Part shown: piece by piece, positions 60,392 to 64,000 of the stretch
How the letters are laid out: every line of letters begins with the position of its first letter
Numbering within the stretch: the stretch's first letter is position 1
NCBI GenBank assembly: GCA_020057295.1
Contig: JAGVGF010000004.1
Coordinates: forward strand, 59,312-123,311
Reading direction: 5' to 3'
Length of the DNA: 64,000 nt
Source of the DNA: an archaeon
GTDB lineage: Archaea; Nanobdellota; Nanobdellia; Woesearchaeales; UBA9642
Translations under genes and position numbers: made by a program
The notes under the pieces: generated by a model
Told to the model about the DNA's origin: nothing
The model's input: only the letters and a program-made list of their open reading frames with translations
Database searches by the model: none

Positions 60392-60574
60392 TTACTTGTA
60401 CATTCTAGAAATAGTGTTTGGAATATCTCTTTCTTCAGATTCTATAATTACTACTCTGTTAACTAGAGCGTTAGGATCCATGCTTGATTGAATATCATCG
60501 AGAATACTTATTGGAATATTGTCTAGTCTTGTGACAGGAATGTCGTCAAGTCTAGTTATTGGTATTTCTTCCAT
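60392..60574 (-). CDS. 60-aa protein built from three tandem IPxTRLDD/N repeats (24-nt DNA repeats)
   Basis: IPITRLDDIPVTRLDNIPISILDDI; the DNA repeat units are visible at 60481-60574. Confidence 0.25.
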   Translation of the reverse strand: MEEIPITRLDDIPVTRLDNIPISILDDIQSSMDPNALVNRVVIIESEERDIPNTISRMYK

Positions 60575-60814
60575 GTGTGTTTAGAAGATTATTCGTTCTC
60601 TTCTTCCTCAATATCTTCTATATTTTTAATGTCTCTGATTGCGAATAAGTCTGTGTTCATGGTTACTACCTCGGTTGTTGCTATATTGTTATATTTTATT
60701 GAATATTAGTATACATTTTTGATTTTTATGAGGCACTAAAACTTCCTACAGTTTTTTGGTGGGGTGGGTTTTAAGAATTTTTAGATATTGTAGGAAGCCG
60801 GCCTCTTTTGAATG

Positions 60815-61234
60815 TTATTTCTTGATGCTTATCGTGTGTGCTTGTGCTGGTTTACGCATTTCGTAAAGCCACAACATACCGATCCTCATCATGTTTTTGT
60901 TAAACTTGTCGCTAACCTTATATGTCTTCTTGTACATGTCATAGTCTATCAATCCCATACTCTTCATAGGAGTCAATATTCTATCGTAGAACTGTCTTTT
61001 ATTGTAAGATAATGTTACTTTCTTCTTTTGACCAAATTGGGTTGTTTCCTCATCAATTAGTTTGCCTTCATGCAATGCTGTAGCAAATACGGACATTTCT
61101 GTCTTTCCTATCTCTCCGCCATGAGTCTTCATCTCTTCAATCAGCAACTTAGCTACGATTACTTGTTGGCTTGTTGCGAAGATTACTTCGTATATATTCT
61201 CAGGTAGATTGAATTGGTCGAATAAGATTGTCAT
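60815..61234 (-). CDS. Hypothetical protein
   Basis: ORF only. Confidence 0.35.
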   Translation of the reverse strand: MTILFDQFNLPENIYEVIFATSQQVIVAKLLIEEMKTHGGEIGKTEMSVFATALHEGKLIDEETTQFGQKKKVTLSYNKRQFYDRILTPMKSMGLIDYDMYKKTYKVSDKFNKNMMRIGMLWLYEMRKPAQAHTISIKK

Positions 61235-61354
61235 AACCTTTAGAAAGATTAACTAATATATAAATGTTACGTTTTTGTATACTGGTTTACCTATTGAGCG
61301 TAAGATTCCTTTATAAGTATATCAAATAGTATATCTGTATACCTATATGTATAT

Positions 61355-63445
61355 TTATTCTTTTTCCTTAAAGAAATCTTTAATCAAATCTTTATACAAT
61401 AAACTTACACGTATTTTCCATGTTGGTGGGAAACATCTGTAATAATTACTCCACGTATATCTTTCATCTAGAAATATTATTACTCCCTTATCAGTTTCTG
61501 TTCTTATACATCTGCCAGCAGCTTGTATGGTTTTTGTAAATGCTGGGAATAAATATCCATAATCCCATCCCTTCTTAAACTTATTATCGTAATATTCAAT
61601 CATAGATTTCGTTTCAAGATCAGGCTTCTGTAATGGCAGTCCGACAATAACTACTGCTTTTAATATTCCGGGCATATCAATACCCTCTGCAAAACTTCCA
61701 GTAATTACCGCGTTTAGCAACGCACCATTATCTTTATATGATGCAAATTTTAGTAAAAATTCTTGTTTATCCGATTTGCTCATTTCAGGTCTTTCTGTAA
61801 AAACAGTTTTAGTAATTTTAGTATTAAGATATTTAGATATTTCATCCATCAAATAATAGCTAGGATAATATATTGCCATACATCCACTTGTTACACTACT
61901 AACATCAGCTATTACTGCAGCAATTTCCTTATACTGATCCTGACTTCGAGCTTCATACTTCGTACTTGTCTTTGGAATAATTAAATTCATTCTATTTTCT
62001 TGTGGGAATGGACTCTTTAATGTTAATTCTTCAGCGTTAATCCCGAATAATTCTTTATACATTGAAGTAGGAGTAAGAGTTCCTGACATGAGTATTGTTG
62101 AATATGCTCCACTAATCAATGGTGCAGTAATAATGCTAGGATCTAAACATCTATAACTTAATGTAATCATATCTGTTTTATCTTTTAATTTTTTAACACT
62201 AACTATTCTTGTAAATCCCTCATCAGTATTAACCCATGATTCTAAAAAAGCAGCCACAGCACCAATGTATGATACATGTTGCGTCTCTCTTACAGCATTA
62301 GCAATAAATGTTAATTCAGAAATTAATTCATCATAATCCTTAATTTGTTCTACACGATCAACAAAATCTTTCTTAGTAATATATGTCTCGCTTGTTGCAA
62401 ATTCACCCCATTTCTTACCAGAAACTTCAGATGCAGGAGTAAAACTATCAAGTGTAACAGCAGCATTCTGAGGTGAATTTTTAGCATATTTAGAATCAAC
62501 ATTACTAATTAAAGATTTAGTAAAATCCTCTAAAATGTTTTCGATATCTTCAAGTATAGGAACAATTTGAGCATTATTGAATTTTTTAGCTTCATTAATC
62601 GCACGTTTAATTGTAATATTAGATAAATATTCAGAAACCAAATCTTTAACTCTATTAGACAAATTGTGTGCCTCATCAACAATAATTATTGCATCCTTTA
62701 ATTCTTTGTTTATCCTTTTAAAAAATCCTTCACGAATATGCGGGTTAAAGATATAACTGTAATCTGTAACAATAACTCTTGATTGTTTAGCCATTAGTAT
62801 AGAAACTTCATATGGACATAAATGTTTCAAACCGCTTTCAGCAATAATATGTTCAGTACTAGTAACTCCGTTATCTCTAGATTTTAAAACGTGTAATGTT
62901 GCTTCAGTATCAGGAGTTAATTTCGTTCCTTTTTTAATATTAGTATAATAATCACATTTACCATTTTCAGTTAATAATTTACAGAATTCAGCAAACTCTT
63001 TACTTGGAAGTTTTTCAACACCGGGTTGTAAACATAAATGTTTCTTGCCAATAACACTTGAACCAACAATCTTTAAATTAAATTTATTATTAATCTTTTT
63101 AAGAGTTTCAATAACAATTTTATGTTGTGTATGTCTTGATGTTAAGAAATATATTGTAAGATTTTTATTATCTCTCTTCATTATATGAGTTAATGCAGGA
63201 CTTAACGCGGCAGCAGTCTTACCAAGACCTGTAGGAGCATGTACAACAAGATTAGTTTTACTTTTAATAACTCTATCAATACTCTTAACAAGTTCATCTT
63301 GTGCATCTCTTATATCTGGATGTGGAAAGAGTAACGTTTCAATAGCTTCCAAATCTACATTAGAATCTTTATACTGTGAATCATCCACAGGAGCTTCAGC
63401 AAGAAAGTGATCATCATATTCTACAATCTTAGGATCCTTGCTCAT
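61355..63445 (-). CDS. xpd: XPD/Rad3-family Fe-S DNA helicase
   Basis: Walker A VHAPTGLGKTAA, DEAH (VDEAHNL), a four-Cys Fe-S domain (CLQ...C...CDYY...CPYE) and helicase C-terminal motifs. Confidence 0.9.
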   Translation of the reverse strand: MSKDPKIVEYDDHFLAEAPVDDSQYKDSNVDLEAIETLLFPHPDIRDAQDELVKSIDRVIKSKTNLVVHAPTGLGKTAAALSPALTHIMKRDNKNLTIYFLTSRHTQHKIVIETLKKINNKFNLKIVGSSVIGKKHLCLQPGVEKLPSKEFAEFCKLLTENGKCDYYTNIKKGTKLTPDTEATLHVLKSRDNGVTSTEHIIAESGLKHLCPYEVSILMAKQSRVIVTDYSYIFNPHIREGFFKRINKELKDAIIIVDEAHNLSNRVKDLVSEYLSNITIKRAINEAKKFNNAQIVPILEDIENILEDFTKSLISNVDSKYAKNSPQNAAVTLDSFTPASEVSGKKWGEFATSETYITKKDFVDRVEQIKDYDELISELTFIANAVRETQHVSYIGAVAAFLESWVNTDEGFTRIVSVKKLKDKTDMITLSYRCLDPSIITAPLISGAYSTILMSGTLTPTSMYKELFGINAEELTLKSPFPQENRMNLIIPKTSTKYEARSQDQYKEIAAVIADVSSVTSGCMAIYYPSYYLMDEISKYLNTKITKTVFTERPEMSKSDKQEFLLKFASYKDNGALLNAVITGSFAEGIDMPGILKAVVIVGLPLQKPDLETKSMIEYYDNKFKKGWDYGYLFPAFTKTIQAAGRCIRTETDKGVIIFLDERYTWSNYYRCFPPTWKIRVSLLYKDLIKDFFKEKE

Positions 63446-63608
63446 TATATTGATAATTGATGTTTTTTTATAAAGATTCCCCTGACTTGACTAGTATAAT
63501 AAATCCACTACCTTTATAAATCGCCCTTTTTTCCTCTTATAGTTTCGAGGATAAATAATGCTATGAGTTGCAATCAGGCATTGTTTAAAGAATCGAGGTA
63601 AAACTAAA

Positions 63609-64000
63609 ATGAGTATTTATAATGTTGATGCAAAAGTTGTTATTGATAACGTTGCTAAAGAATTAAAGCAATACATCAAACAGCCAGAATGGACACCAAT
63701 TGTTAAGACTGGAAACCACAAGCAAAGGCCACCAGCAGATAAAGACTGGTTCTTTACAAGAGCAGCTTCAGTATTAAGAACTGTAGCATTAAAAGGCCCT
63801 ATTGGAGTATCAAAGTTAAGAACAAAATATGGTGGAAGAAAAAACAGAGGCTATAAGCCAGAAAAATTCTTTAAAGGATCAGGAAGTATAGTTAGACATG
63901 CATTACAAGAACTTGATAAGGCAGGATTAACAGTACAAGCTGAGAAAGGATTACATAAAGGCAGAATAGTTACACCTAAGGGTCAATCATTACTAGCCAG
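63609..64000 (+). CDS. rps19e: Ribosomal protein S19e (eS19); 3' end lies outside the window
   Basis: Manual translation gives MSIYNVDAKVVIDNVAKELKQY...WFFTRAASVLRTVALKGPIGVSKLRTKYGGRKNRGYKP...GSGSIVRHALQELDKAGL. Confidence 0.85.
   Translation, partial: MSIYNVDAKVVIDNVAKELKQYIKQPEWTPIVKTGNHKQRPPADKDWFFTRAASVLRTVALKGPIGVSKLRTKYGGRKNRGYKPEKFFKGSGSIVRHALQELDKAGLTVQAEKGLHKGRIVTPKGQSLLA

Noticed and set aside
60812-61012. 66-aa ORF antisense to 60815-61234
   Set aside because: It is fully embedded in the longer opposite-strand ORF.
1-64000. Search for CRISPR arrays and rRNA genes
   Set aside because: No regularly spaced direct repeats of 24-40 bp and no rRNA-like conserved stretches were seen. 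The only tandem repeats are the 24-nt coding repeats at 60.5 kb.

Overview
This window reads as an AT-rich archaeal chromosome: it carries a thermosome, a split rpoB, tRNA introns of the bulge-helix-bulge (BHB) type, and the universal archaeal rpoH-B''-B'-A'-A''-L30e-NusA-S12 operon. Core content runs from 1 to about 30.4 kb: thermosome, CMP kinase, two FKBP-type peptidyl-prolyl isomerases (PPIases), FtsZ, S3Ae, topoisomerase I, tRNA-Pro/Tyr/Asp/Lys, the RNA polymerase operon, prefoldin beta, Pcc1, RpoP and L37Ae. Core resumes at about 49.6 kb with S15, ferredoxin, a RecJ-like DHH protein, signal peptidase, methionine aminopeptidase, AlaRS, tRNA-Ala, an XPD helicase and S19e. Between them lies about 19 kb of accessory DNA in two parts. 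(1) 30.5-37.9 kb holds a bacterial-type zinc-finger DnaG primase, a large protein with a C-terminal DEDD (RNase H-like) exonuclease, and a Rad50/SbcC-like ATPase. (2) About 11.4 kb is an integrative element inserted at an intron-containing tRNA-Gln. It is bounded by a 14-bp direct repeat of the tRNA 3' end (38070-38083 and 49494-49507) and encodes a tyrosine integrase. It also carries a Sau3AI/MutH-family restriction endonuclease with a C5-cytosine methyltransferase, a PIN-like protein, and a catalytically inactive short prokaryotic Argonaute (MID-PIWI). The gene immediately upstream of the pAgo overlaps it and has an N-terminal AlbA_2/Schlafen-type domain. Known short-pAgo partners carry SIR2, TIR or Mrr effector domains, so this pairing is the most interesting candidate system in the window. 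Other notable points are a truncated Dph2 (diphthamide synthesis) remnant and a break in the conserved RNAP-S12-S7-EF2 operon after S12. I found no CRISPR array and no rRNA.
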